Origin: a virus
IMG/VR virus record: IMGVR_UViG_3300021964_006878
Span: 21,367 to 85,366 of that record
Strand: one strand, 5' to 3'
DNA: 64,000 bases
The notes under the pieces were generated by a model. The model was not told the DNA's origin, searched no databases, and was given only the letters and a program-made list of their open reading frames with translations. Below are positions 39,121 through 48,474 of the stretch, piece by piece. Numbering within the stretch: the stretch's first letter is position 1; each line of letters starts with the position of its first letter. Made by a program: the position numbers and the translations under genes.

Positions 39121-39924
39121 ATGTCTTTACTAAAACTATTTATACACAATAGATATTCTAAATCACTTCTCGCAGTAACTTTATTATTTGCTAATCCTTC
39201 TTATGCTGAAACCGTTGGTGGTGTGTCTGCTACTGCTAATCCTGTTGCTAATTCCTCAGGTAGTGTTACAAACCAAGCTATTCAGGTCCTTCAGGGACCT
39301 TACATTACGAACACCTACGGTGGAGGTATACAATGCCAAGGTCCCACTCGCAATTTCACTCCGTATGTAACAGGAAGTGTTTCTGCTGCTAAACCTTTTC
39401 AAGGTTATTATAATGACCCAGTATATGATGTCACCGATAATTTTGGTGCCTTCGATTCTGACGGGAATCCAACTGGAGATGGTATCTTAGATAATCCTGG
39501 TGATGTAAGTTTCTTTAAAAGAACTAGAACAGGACAGAAAGATAACTATAGTTTAGGTGTAGGGTTCTCTATGACATGGAGCACACCTACGGATAAAAAC
39601 TTACAAGACCTGTGTAAGAAAGCAGCAACTACACAGATTGAATTGAACAGTCAAATTGTTGCCAATAAAAGATTGGACTTTGAGATAGCCAGACTTAAAA
39701 ATTGTGGGGAGTTGAAGTTAAAAGGAATTCAATTCCATCCTAAGAGTCCTTACTATTCTGTGTGTGCTGATGTATTGGTAAACAATCCACCAGGACATAA
39801 TCATCCACACTACCATGAGATTCCTAGCGTTTCTTCTTCTTCCTCGGGAAGACAGAACGTAATGCCTTCACTGCATGATTCATCTGACGCTGCTCTGCTC
39901 GGCGCTCCCCTGACGACAAGATAG
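39121..39924 (+). CDS. Secreted/outer-membrane-like Cys-containing protein
   Basis: Signal-like KSLLAVTLLFANPSYA; start uncertain. Confidence 0.7.
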   Translation: MSLLKLFIHNRYSKSLLAVTLLFANPSYAETVGGVSATANPVANSSGSVTNQAIQVLQGPYITNTYGGGIQCQGPTRNFTPYVTGSVSAAKPFQGYYNDPVYDVTDNFGAFDSDGNPTGDGILDNPGDVSFFKRTRTGQKDNYSLGVGFSMTWSTPTDKNLQDLCKKAATTQIELNSQIVANKRLDFEIARLKNCGELKLKGIQFHPKSPYYSVCADVLVNNPPGHNHPHYHEIPSVSSSSSGRQNVMPSLHDSSDAALLGAPLTTR

Positions 39925-40624
39925 GAGGTTTCTTACCACGTAAGGTAGCAATCTTCTTCATAACTTTCTTAACCGTTGGTTTGACTGACTTTAGTAAGAT
40001 GTCTGCCAACGGTTTTGCTAATAGTGCTGATGATGTAGCGATGACAGCAATACCACCCACCTGCATCACTTGTCCACCACTAGGTAGACCAGCAAGTATT
40101 TGTGTAGGTAGAGGAACTGGTTCTGTTATCTGAACACATGTCTTATCAATGAGTTTATAACCAGTAACTTTCTTTCTAAATCCTTCTACTAATGTCCCTA
40201 CAGGTTCTTGTGCCTGTTGTACTTTAGTAGGACATTCTACTACAGCACTAACAACAGGTTGTTTTGTTTGTGGTGGTTTAACTTCAGGTGGTGTTGGTTT
40301 GTCAGGAGATCTAGTATCCACTTTTGGTGGACCAGTCAGTATCATCTGGTTTGGTTCATAAGAAATAGGATTAAAACTGGGATAACCAGAATCGCAATAC
40401 GTAACCACACCATTGGGATCGTCCTCTCTTAGTTGATTATTTTTAGCACTATTAGTTTCAGTCGCCTCAACACATCCTGGAATGTTAACCACAGGCACAC
40501 CAATATTTACAACTACTGGTGGTGCTGTAGGAACTACTGGTGTTGTATATTGATATGTTTGAATATCATTGATACCAATATTATTAATATCGATATCCAT
40601 TCCAGTAATCAAAGGTATATCCAT
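39824..40624 (-). CDS. Pro-rich protein with C-terminal hydrophobic segment and basic tail
   Basis: 266 aa; Cys pairs, hydrophobic stretch, KKKKR end. Confidence 0.7.
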   Translation of the reverse strand: MDIPLITGMDIDINNIGINDIQTYQYTTPVVPTAPPVVVNIGVPVVNIPGCVEATETNSAKNNQLREDDPNGVVTYCDSGYPSFNPISYEPNQMILTGPPKVDTRSPDKPTPPEVKPPQTKQPVVSAVVECPTKVQQAQEPVGTLVEGFRKKVTGYKLIDKTCVQITEPVPLPTQILAGLPSGGQVMQVGGIAVIATSSALLAKPLADILLKSVKPTVKKVMKKIATLRGKKPPILSSGERRAEQRQMNHAVKALRSVFPRKKKKR

Positions 40625-40634
40625 CAGTCGATAA

Positions 40635-40808
40635 TCATAATATATTACTGCCTCTAGAAGGAATTAATTGATATGCCATCTTATCTCTCAACTTATTTAC
40701 ACGTTCTTCATTATATTGTTTAAAGTTACCTCTCTTCTCCACTTTCTTATAGTAGTGTAGTGCATTGAGAATAATTGCATAATCCTCCATTGTTAATTCA
40801 AAATTCAT
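40635..40808 (-). CDS. Small hypothetical protein
   Basis: Manual: MNFELTMEDYAIILNALHYYKK... Confidence 0.55.
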   Translation of the reverse strand: MNFELTMEDYAIILNALHYYKKVEKRGNFKQYNEERVNKLRDKMAYQLIPSRGSNIL

Positions 40809-41065
40809 AGTCCAGGAATAACACTGTTAGTTGTAGTTGGCATGGTAGGAATAACACCACCAGTAGCATCAGGTAATTCTGGCATTGCTGCATCCATCAT
40901 TCCGGGAAGAGCACCAGTAATTGCTTCTGCAGCTGCAGCAGCAACTTGAGATTTGATATTCTCAACAATGGAATCTTTATTGAGATAAACAAAAGTGCCT
41001 GCGCCAACGATGGCAGCAGACACAGAAAAAGACGTGATAGCTAATACATTAATTACTTTTTGCAT
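40805..41065 (-). CDS. Conserved small membrane-anchored protein
   Basis: N-terminal TM helix, Ala/Pro-rich. Confidence 0.65.
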   Translation of the reverse strand: MQKVINVLAITSFSVSAAIVGAGTFVYLNKDSIVENIKSQVAAAAAEAITGALPGMMDAAMPELPDATGGVIPTMPTTTNSVIPGL

Positions 41066-41096
41066 GACTAGTTCTTAACTAGAAGTATATATCACT

Positions 41097-41393
41097 TTAA
41101 TAGAGTTCTTCCTCCACTTCTGCCTGAATAACGCAATCACTAGTAGGATATGACACACAAAGAAGTGCGAATCCTGCTTCAAGTTGATCATCGTCAAGGA
41201 AAGATTGATCTTCCTGATTTACCGTTCCTTCCAACACTTTACCAGCACAAGTAGAACATGCGCCAGCACGACAGGAGTATGGAAGTTCTAAACCTGCTTC
41301 ATCTGCTGCATCTAGGATATAAACATCGTCGTCACAAGAGACTACATTCTCAGTTCCATCAGAGGAACGAACTGTTACGTTATAAGTTGCCAT
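41097..41393 (-). CDS. petF: Ferredoxin [2Fe-2S]
   Basis: [13 protein letters not shown]...LLCV. Confidence 0.97.
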   Translation of the reverse strand: MATYNVTVRSSDGTENVVSCDDDVYILDAADEAGLELPYSCRAGACSTCAGKVLEGTVNQEDQSFLDDDQLEAGFALLCVSYPTSDCVIQAEVEEELY

Positions 41394-41400
41394 TGTTCTT

Positions 41401-41724
41401 TTAATTTACGTGAATTGTACCGGTCATACCAGCACCTTGGTGTGGACCACAGAAAAACTCATAGTCTCCTGCATCCGCAAAAGTGATGTCTTGTGATTCT
41501 CCTGGAGAAAACATAAGTGATTCTCGTGAGAGATCAGCACGACCCTCAACAATAATATTGTGAGGAGGCAACATACCATTTATAAAATGTATAGTTTCGC
41601 CTGCGTCAATTGTAACATCAGATGGATCAAAAATCAAGTTTCCACCTGAACCCATTGTGATATCTACTGCCCATGCTGGAGCAGCAAGAAATAGTGTAGC
41701 AAAAAATGCAAATAATACTTTCAT
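41401..41724 (-). CDS. petE: Plastocyanin
   Basis: Signal peptide, [15 protein letters not shown]. Confidence 0.95.
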   Translation of the reverse strand: MKVLFAFFATLFLAAPAWAVDITMGSGGNLIFDPSDVTIDAGETIHFINGMLPPHNIIVEGRADLSRESLMFSPGESQDITFADAGDYEFFCGPHQGAGMTGTIHVN

Positions 41725-41725
41725 T

Positions 41726-41929
41726 TTAATCCTCCAAATACTTTTCGATTACTTCGATACGTTCTTCTTCTTTTGCAATTGCATCAATCTGATCTTGAAT
41801 TGCACCAAGAACGTCAGGATGCTCACCAATACCTACAGGATTTGTAAGGTATATCTCAATATTCATTTTTGCTTTTTTAATACTCCCAACAGACAGTGCC
41901 TTGAGAGCGTCTAACATTTCTCTTCTCAT
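41726..41929 (-). CDS. Conserved hypothetical protein
   Basis: NIEIYLTNPVGIGEHPD. Confidence 0.7.
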   Translation of the reverse strand: MRREMLDALKALSVGSIKKAKMNIEIYLTNPVGIGEHPDVLGAIQDQIDAIAKEEERIEVIEKYLED

Positions 41930-41984
41930 AATTAGTCTACCAATGTTCCGTGTGCTCTACGAATCTCTCACAATGCTTCGAGAT

Positions 41985-42155
41985 TCATATCTTTTGTTCC
42001 CCCATCGTATTGGACCCATCATCCAATTCGCTAAATGCAATTTTCATTATATAGAAGATATATCCCCCAACTCCGCCAAGTAATATAAGTAATGAAATAA
42101 TAACACTCCAAACAGGATCACTAACATTCTCCAGAGGTCTCAGTAATAAATTCAT
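41985..42155 (-). CDS. Small membrane protein
   Basis: Manual: MNLLLRPLENVSDPVWSVIISLLILLGG... Confidence 0.55.
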   Translation of the reverse strand: MNLLLRPLENVSDPVWSVIISLLILLGGVGGYIFYIMKIAFSELDDGSNTMGEQKI

Positions 42156-42187
42156 ATATTATATAATTGGGTTCAAATATATCTATA

Positions 42188-42742
42188 TTATTCTCCTTCA
42201 CAATCTAGTTGCATTGTGGCGATTTCCGCACCTACATCTGCGCCAGTATCTTGACCTAACATTACTGCCCAACCAGATATCAACCAACCAACATATGGGA
42301 TACCCGTGAAGATAGGAGCAATGCCTGATGCAACACTAGCACCTACCATTCTTCCGGTTGATTCTCCAGCGCCCTCCGCTTTGATGCATGCCAGGTTTTG
42401 AGCAGTCAACTTTCCCTCAGCACCTCCTAGATGCCTTACCCCATCCATTGTATATTCTTCTTCAGTTACAATTACTGAGTTACCACCAATACCAAACAAC
42501 CCATTGTTCTTATTAATATTTCTCCTAACTCCCATGACCTTGGGATCATTGGAACTATATTCTATACTGTATCCGTCTTTACCTGCTTCTACACTATATG
42601 AGGTATAGTCACCCACAGGTAAATTTATGATAGGAAGTTTATCCCTACCAATAAGATGTCCCAATAAACCAATATGAGCGACACCGAACAGTGTTCCTAC
42701 TGTCAGTGCCGCCCACTTAAATGGAGATCGTTTGTTAATCAT
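42188..42742 (-). CDS. Membrane protein with glycine-zipper-like C-terminus
   Basis: N-terminal TM helix; GRMVGASVASG...IPYVGW. Confidence 0.65.
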   Translation of the reverse strand: MINKRSPFKWAALTVGTLFGVAHIGLLGHLIGRDKLPIINLPVGDYTSYSVEAGKDGYSIEYSSNDPKVMGVRRNINKNNGLFGIGGNSVIVTEEEYTMDGVRHLGGAEGKLTAQNLACIKAEGAGESTGRMVGASVASGIAPIFTGIPYVGWLISGWAVMLGQDTGADVGAEIATMQLDCEGE

Positions 42743-42745
42743 AAC

Positions 42746-43189
42746 TTACATTTTGTAAGGTTCTTCTGCCTTGTCAACTTTAAGAACTACAGGTGCTTGC
42801 TCGATACGGAGAGTCTGATGTGGTGCAGTTTGTGCTGCTTTCTCAATCAGTTTCTCCATCTGGTCCTTAGTGATAGCAGATCCGCCACCACTTTCACCTG
42901 CCTTCTTTGCTGCCTGAACACCAAAAGTCGCAAGCACCCCAGTAAAGACACTTGCGATAAAAGTTGGATCTAGTTTTTGTTCAGGTATACCGAGTGCAGG
43001 TGGAAGTTTGATGTACGCCAACGTGAGTATTCCCCCAGACCAGACAAGAATGCCAAGTCGAACAAAAGTAGACAGAATAGCAAGCTGTTCTTCTTTGTCA
43101 TCTGCTGCCTCTTTAATTTTACCTAATAGACCTTTCTTCTTCTCGTCAGGTTTTTTGACTTCTTCTGGCATATTTAATTGGTAAGGCAA
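42746..43189 (-). CDS. Two-TM membrane protein
   Basis: VRLGILVWSGGILTLAY / DPTFIASVFTGVLATFG. Confidence 0.65.
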   Translation of the reverse strand: MPYQLNMPEEVKKPDEKKKGLLGKIKEAADDKEEQLAILSTFVRLGILVWSGGILTLAYIKLPPALGIPEQKLDPTFIASVFTGVLATFGVQAAKKAGESGGGSAITKDQMEKLIEKAAQTAPHQTLRIEQAPVVLKVDKAEEPYKM

Positions 43190-43191
43190 CT

Positions 43192-43866
43192 CTATTTAGA
43201 GAGATAACCTTTTTCAACCAAGTATTTACGTGTCAATGGTGTTGGTTCATAGTCAGTCCACATAGTTCCACGAGCACAAGACTCAAGTGCCTTGGCAGTC
43301 ATACCTTCAGTTTTACCTGCCCAGTATGCTTCTTTCTCCCAGGGAATTGCTCCAGGTTGATCTCTGTATGTTGATTTTACAATTTCTTGATACAGTGGAG
43401 GAACAGAATCTTCAGGCAGAATGATAGCAATCAAAGAGTTATTGATAGTACCTGCCATACAATCCTGTGCTGCATGCCATCCTTCATGACGCATAACACT
43501 CATCAACATTCCAGGTCGATTCATGTATGCTTTATTCAAGAAGAAATTATTACTGACAGTATGATATACCCCACGGTGTCCCACAGGGAAATACTTCTGG
43601 TCTGCTAGAAAAACCTTAGCTCCGACCTTATTAAGTGATCTGACAAGAGAATTAAACTCAACAGCAATAATGTCGTAATTAGTAGCAGGTATCTCAGAAT
43701 TGATATCTGAGATGGACTTAACTTCATTGATATCTTCTATACATTCTTGAAGCAACATACATCCCATAGAATGCATTGTAAAATACTCACTATCTTTGAG
43801 GGGGGCGGAATGGACAGGTAGGGCAAACGCCGCCGCAACAACCGCCGCTGTAAATAATCTTTTCAT
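43192..43866 (-). CDS. Secreted zinc metallopeptidase-like protein
   Basis: Signal peptide, HEGWH (HExxH), downstream EKEA. Confidence 0.7.
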   Translation of the reverse strand: MKRLFTAAVVAAAFALPVHSAPLKDSEYFTMHSMGCMLLQECIEDINEVKSISDINSEIPATNYDIIAVEFNSLVRSLNKVGAKVFLADQKYFPVGHRGVYHTVSNNFFLNKAYMNRPGMLMSVMRHEGWHAAQDCMAGTINNSLIAIILPEDSVPPLYQEIVKSTYRDQPGAIPWEKEAYWAGKTEGMTAKALESCARGTMWTDYEPTPLTRKYLVEKGYLSK

Positions 43867-44171
43867 TTGTAGTATGCCTCATAGTATTTGACAATTCCAT
43901 TACTATTTACATGCCCTTGAGAAACCCAATCGTGACAGCAATTTTGGATACTCTCCATACTACAGATTGGTTCACCATTTTCTTTAGTTAAACCGCCAAA
44001 CTTGTTCAGAAGAATAGTATAGACGTGTTGCCTCAGTTCCAGTTTTTCTTCAGAGTATCGCCAATCGTCAACCATACCTTCTGCTTTCAACTTATTATAG
44101 TTGTAACATCCGTCAAATGTAATTTGAATTTTTGGTGCTTTAGATTCCGTCATGATAAGTAAAGAATTCAA
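43863..44171 (-). CDS. Hypothetical protein
   Basis: ORF track. Confidence 0.55.
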   Translation of the reverse strand: MNSLLIMTESKAPKIQITFDGCYNYNKLKAEGMVDDWRYSEEKLELRQHVYTILLNKFGGLTKENGEPICSMESIQNCCHDWVSQGHVNSNGIVKYYEAYYK

Positions 44172-44176
44172 ATTTT

Positions 44177-44524
44177 TTATTCTTGGAATATTTCTGATCC
44201 ACCTTGACTTAAGGTATTACTATTCTTAGTAGATAGTTCATACATTACTTGATGAATATTTTCTGGTTCATTATTTACTTTCCAAGAACCACCAACTCCT
44301 CCATCCATATTCACACTGATATCATCAGCAATTTCTTTTTGTTGTTCACTCATAATCGGTTCTCCAAACCAAGCATCATTTTTAAGAATTGATGGTGCAG
44401 GAACACCAACATAAGGTTGAGTGAATGTTTTACAATCAACTGGTTTCTCATCAATTGAACATTCTACTTTAGTTGTTGAGATACCAACAACGTTTTTGAT
44501 AAGAGACTTGAAGTGACTGATCAT
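44177..44524 (-). CDS. Hypothetical protein
   Basis: ORF track. Confidence 0.55.
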   Translation of the reverse strand: MISHFKSLIKNVVGISTTKVECSIDEKPVDCKTFTQPYVGVPAPSILKNDAWFGEPIMSEQQKEIADDISVNMDGGVGGSWKVNNEPENIHQVMYELSTKNSNTLSQGGSEIFQE

Positions 44525-44910
44525 GATTGCCAGTGATAATGATAAAAGTTTCCTTTACGATCACACATAGGATCTTCTGCAACTACACGATAAGGCAACA
44601 TACGTTGTCCTTTGAAACTGGTTCTATCACCAATAATCGAGTATGCTTCCATAAGTTTTTCTGTGTTCTTTAACCTAGCAACAACACTAGGTTTAGCAGC
44701 TGGACGACGATAGATAAAACCTTCGTATTGTCCAGGAGCATAAACTACATCAGCAACAGTGTTAGGGAATGCCGGAGAGTTAACTCTATTAAGAATGGAA
44801 ACTGCAACGCAGTATTCATCATCAGTTCCAGTTGCTGCCTCAACTTGCACTGTTCGTGCAAGATGGTCATAATCAACGGCACTCAGTGCCAAAATAGTTT
44901 CTAAAATCAT
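44521..44910 (-). CDS. SleB/Hydrolase_2 cell-wall hydrolase
   Basis: LARTVQVEA...VAVSILNRVNSPAFPNTVADVVYAPGQY. Confidence 0.85.
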   Translation of the reverse strand: MILETILALSAVDYDHLARTVQVEAATGTDDEYCVAVSILNRVNSPAFPNTVADVVYAPGQYEGFIYRRPAAKPSVVARLKNTEKLMEAYSIIGDRTSFKGQRMLPYRVVAEDPMCDRKGNFYHYHWQS

Positions 44911-44916
44911 AAGTCT

Positions 44917-44938
44917 AAAAAGGGGGGCGATGCCCCCC
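44917..44938 (-). terminator. Terminator after the outer-membrane protein gene
   Basis: GGGGGGC/GCCCCCC stem plus T-run. Confidence 0.8.
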
Positions 44939-44957
44939 ACACGATACAATTAATATA

Positions 44958-45329
44958 TCAGAAGTTGTACTTCAGACCCGCTTTGGTTCCGTAACCACGA
45001 TCGATATTGTCGTCACCTGAACCGACGAAGGAAACTTCGCCATAAGCACCAAGTGCATCGGTCAGTGCAAGACCGAGACCTGCCTTACCAGAAGGAACAG
45101 TGTCACTTTCAGCACCGTCAGGGGAGACTACAGTAGCTCCTCCTTGGACGTAGTATGATGCACTCTCACCAAGTTCACCTTCATAACCTACGTGCAGGTC
45201 AGTGGCAGTTCCAGAGTAGTCAGAACCAGTCCAACCTGAGTTTGCTTCGACGTTAACGTAAGGACCAGCGAAAGCAGCGCCAGCAGATACGGACAGGGCA
45301 GCGGTTGCTGCGAATACAGATTTGATCAT
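44958..45329 (-). CDS. Small outer-membrane beta-barrel protein
   Basis: Signal peptide, amphipathic strands, C-terminal GLKYNF. Confidence 0.8.
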   Translation of the reverse strand: MIKSVFAATAALSVSAGAAFAGPYVNVEANSGWTGSDYSGTATDLHVGYEGELGESASYYVQGGATVVSPDGAESDTVPSGKAGLGLALTDALGAYGEVSFVGSGDDNIDRGYGTKAGLKYNF

Positions 45330-45527
45330 TTTGTTTAATTACCTTTAGTTACTTGCGGAATGGTTACCCGCAGATGAATAGAGACATCGACTTGTCTCGT
45401 TATGGATATTATACCACAGAATCTTGGCGATTAGTTGAGGCGTTGAAACTGTAACAATTCGTAATGCGCGTCACGAATAGGTATTTATACACCCGAAATA
45501 CTAGTATAACCGAACTTGCCTGGTGTG

Positions 45528-46334
45528 TCAACTCTCTTTATTTTGTTCTACAGGGGGCAGTCTTCCCATATATGGGTCATACTCAAACAATTGTTCCCAG
45601 TCTTGTAGTAGTGGTGCCTGTTTAGTCCACCATTCACGCAATCCATCTCGACTTGGAACATGGAAAGTATCAATATGCTCCTTATTCCAGATCATTGACT
45701 CAAGATGAGGAGGAGAGAATAGTAGAACAGGCATAGCAAAACTGTTACCAGACTCATAAATCAAGTGCTCTGAATTGCATCTTGGTTTTGCCTTGTAGTC
45801 AAGTTTGTACTTACCATCCCTATAACAGAGATCCATTAGTTTCTTGGCATGATGCCTCGTAATCATATAGCAGGCAGTAGAGAAGTCATTGACAAATCTC
45901 TTATGCAATGCTACATGCAAGGCACCAGGATTGATCACAGCAAGTTGAACCAAGTCATAATCAAATGGCATTCTTGTATAGAACTCTTTCCAAGTAAATG
46001 GCCAATTAGAAACAACTGATAGATCACAATCATCTTCCATCATAATAGCACAAGGAGTATCAGATGTAGTATACCATTGGTGGATTGCTTTCAAGTGTGA
46101 TGTACAGCATCCAACGTCAGTAGGACCCATTTGGTCAGGGTAGCGACCCTTCAGGATACCGCTCAAGTCGTCTTCACCAGTACCATCGTATCCAGAGATA
46201 CGGGTGTAGTCTTCAATCTCCCAGTATTTGAACTGGTCCTCCATATACTTCTGACGTTCTGGACTACGATCCAGGTTCGTGTAGTAGATAGGTGGAAGAC
46301 CTTTGAGTTTATATGCTGCCTTATTCTTATCCAT
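45528..46334 (-). CDS. Glycosyltransferase family 25
   Basis: YYTNLDRSPER...GCCTSH...MEDD. Confidence 0.85.
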   Translation of the reverse strand: MDKNKAAYKLKGLPPIYYTNLDRSPERQKYMEDQFKYWEIEDYTRISGYDGTGEDDLSGILKGRYPDQMGPTDVGCCTSHLKAIHQWYTTSDTPCAIMMEDDCDLSVVSNWPFTWKEFYTRMPFDYDLVQLAVINPGALHVALHKRFVNDFSTACYMITRHHAKKLMDLCYRDGKYKLDYKAKPRCNSEHLIYESGNSFAMPVLLFSPPHLESMIWNKEHIDTFHVPSRDGLREWWTKQAPLLQDWEQLFEYDPYMGRLPPVEQNKES

Positions 46335-47220
46335 TAGTTTTGATCCATTCCATCACATCAATTTCAGGTTTCCATCCAATGATTTCACCAATTCTATCTA
46401 TATTTGCAAGAGTAGTCGATGCTTCACCAGAACGTTCAGGCAAGTATATTTGAGCATCAGAGATAGCGTTAGCAATCTCTTGAATAGAATAGTTCTTACC
46501 ACTACCTACATTAAATACATGACCCAACATATGGTAGATGGGTGATATGGCTGCAAGATAGTTTGCTCTTGCTACATCATGGACATGAACAAAGTCACGT
46601 CTCTGTGAACCATCACCAATAATAGTAAGTGCATCTCCACTTTCTGCTTGTCTCTGGAAGATACCAATCACTGGTGCATACTGACCAACAGTAGGAGACC
46701 TCTCACCAAATACATTAAAGTATCTCAAGGATATTGTCTCTAAACCATAAAGATCGGTATACATCTTACATAGTTTCTCACCTGCAATCTTGGACACAGA
46801 GTATGGGTTTAGACAATCATCAGGTTGTGTCTCTACATTAGGCCAACGATTACCACCATAACCAGATGAAGTAGAAGAGTATACTACTCTCTTCACACCT
46901 GCTTCCCTTGCACATTGTAGAACTACAGTAGTTCCAACACAGTTTTTAGTGACTGCATTGATAGGGTTCTCAATAGCAGGTTGTAGGCGACTCTCTGCCG
47001 CTAGATGAAACACATAATCAATACCATCAAAGTGTTCTCTCATATCTCCATAACTGGAGATGTCTGCCTTCACATTATATGCTTTACTATTCCAGTAAAA
47101 GTCATTGTTGTTTGCACTTTCATTATCAATACAAACAACATAATGTCCTTGTTCAATAAGATAATCAACCAGGTTAGATCCAATAAAACCTGCAGCACCT
47201 GTGACTAAACTTTTAGTCAT
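46327..47220 (-). CDS. NAD-dependent epimerase/dehydratase (UDP-glucose 4-epimerase-like)
   Basis: TGAAGFIG, YSVSK, LRYFNVFG. Confidence 0.9.
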   Translation of the reverse strand: MTKSLVTGAAGFIGSNLVDYLIEQGHYVVCIDNESANNNDFYWNSKAYNVKADISSYGDMREHFDGIDYVFHLAAESRLQPAIENPINAVTKNCVGTTVVLQCAREAGVKRVVYSSTSSGYGGNRWPNVETQPDDCLNPYSVSKIAGEKLCKMYTDLYGLETISLRYFNVFGERSPTVGQYAPVIGIFQRQAESGDALTIIGDGSQRRDFVHVHDVARANYLAAISPIYHMLGHVFNVGSGKNYSIQEIANAISDAQIYLPERSGEASTTLANIDRIGEIIGWKPEIDVMEWIKTNG

Positions 47221-47962
47221 ATTTCTCGTTTCTCCTAGGCATAATAGAATTGTGAATCAATGTTTTTAATCGAGTACTAGAGTACTCATGGTCTCTAGGT
47301 AACCAAGTAATTGGAATGCCCAGACCAACACCACTATAACTTCCATCAGAATAATCGTCTCCTAGGAACCTTACATTATACTCGCCACTTTCTAGGAGTG
47401 CAAGGTATTCATCTTCAATGTTATAAAACACAACATCATCAATGTTTCGCATACCCAGAAGAATTTCTTTGCGTTCCTCTGCTGTCTGCACTGGTTTCAG
47501 TTTATGTGCCCTCTCGGTTGAAGGGTCAACGTGAAGTGCAACAGTTAGATGGTTACAATACTTCTTTGCATCAGCAAACATACGAACATACCCTGGATGG
47601 ATTACATCAAAGGCACCTGCAATGATTCCTTTTCTTTGTGGTTGACCAAGAATCCAATCGAATACGTTAGCACCCTTATCGTCAATGAAAATATCAGCAT
47701 TGGGTTTGTGGAACATAGGTTCCAGTTCGTGATACTTCACACCCCAGTCATTCAGACTCTTCTCGGTTTGTGATGTCCAATCCTTACCTGATCCTCTACC
47801 ACGAGCAGTCATGATAATAATATAATGCCCCTCATCATAAAGACGATTGACTGTCTGTACCATAATGGGGATAGGAAGTGCATCCCAGTATCTTTGATTG
47901 TGACCATCAGGGTCGCAGGGAGTATCACAGATAGTCCCGTCCAAATCAAAACAAAATCTCAT
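47213..47962 (-). CDS. HAD phosphatase fused to cytidylyltransferase-like domain
   Basis: FDLDGT...TAR...KP...FIDDK, then GAFDVIHPGY...SSTRL. Confidence 0.85.
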   Translation of the reverse strand: MRFCFDLDGTICDTPCDPDGHNQRYWDALPIPIMVQTVNRLYDEGHYIIIMTARGRGSGKDWTSQTEKSLNDWGVKYHELEPMFHKPNADIFIDDKGANVFDWILGQPQRKGIIAGAFDVIHPGYVRMFADAKKYCNHLTVALHVDPSTERAHKLKPVQTAEERKEILLGMRNIDDVVFYNIEDEYLALLESGEYNVRFLGDDYSDGSYSGVGLGIPITWLPRDHEYSSTRLKTLIHNSIMPRRNEKYD

Positions 47963-48474
47963 ACTACTCCGTGCAGGAAGATTTGATGAACACATTCTAC
48001 CACGCCATAAGACCTACTATTAATCCAATAGTTCCATAGAGCATTAACTGCAATGGTTCGTATTCTATTATTACATTCAAACCCAGTCAGCACTCCGTAT
48101 GATACTTTATTATCCTCACACCAATTCACACAGTTAAGCATGTTCTTGGATTCACCACCAGAACTCATGATAACTACAAGAGTATCATTCTCGACATAAT
48201 ACTCTAAGAATTTTTGATATGCTTTCTTATATCCAAAGTCATTGGAAAGCATAGTAAGCATAGAAGGGTCAGAGAGGATAGATACCTTCTTACCCCTGAA
48301 CTTCATATAGTCCTGAGAGATATGGGATGCTACGCTGCTACTACCGCCATTACCTAGGATAATAATTCTATTGTGGCAGTTAAATGCTGCCTGAAATCTT
48401 AAAAACTGTTCTTGTGCATGGGCGCATTTAAGTGCCTCTACATATTCTTCAAATGGATTTACCATAGACACCAT
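47959..48474 (-). CDS. gmhA: SIS-domain phosphoheptose isomerase (GmhA-like)
   Basis: GNGGSSSVASH...SND.GY...SSGGESKN...E.VH. Confidence 0.8.
   Translation of the reverse strand: MVSMVNPFEEYVEALKCAHAQEQFLRFQAAFNCHNRIIILGNGGSSSVASHISQDYMKFRGKKVSILSDPSMLTMLSNDFGYKKAYQKFLEYYVENDTLVVIMSSGGESKNMLNCVNWCEDNKVSYGVLTGFECNNRIRTIAVNALWNYWINSRSYGVVECVHQIFLHGVV

Noticed and set aside
41930-42015. Possible TGA read-through ORF (...MNLEAL*EIRRAHGTLVD)
   Set aside because: No Sec/suppressor tRNA or SECIS seen, and TGA is a normal stop elsewhere; more likely a remnant or chance.
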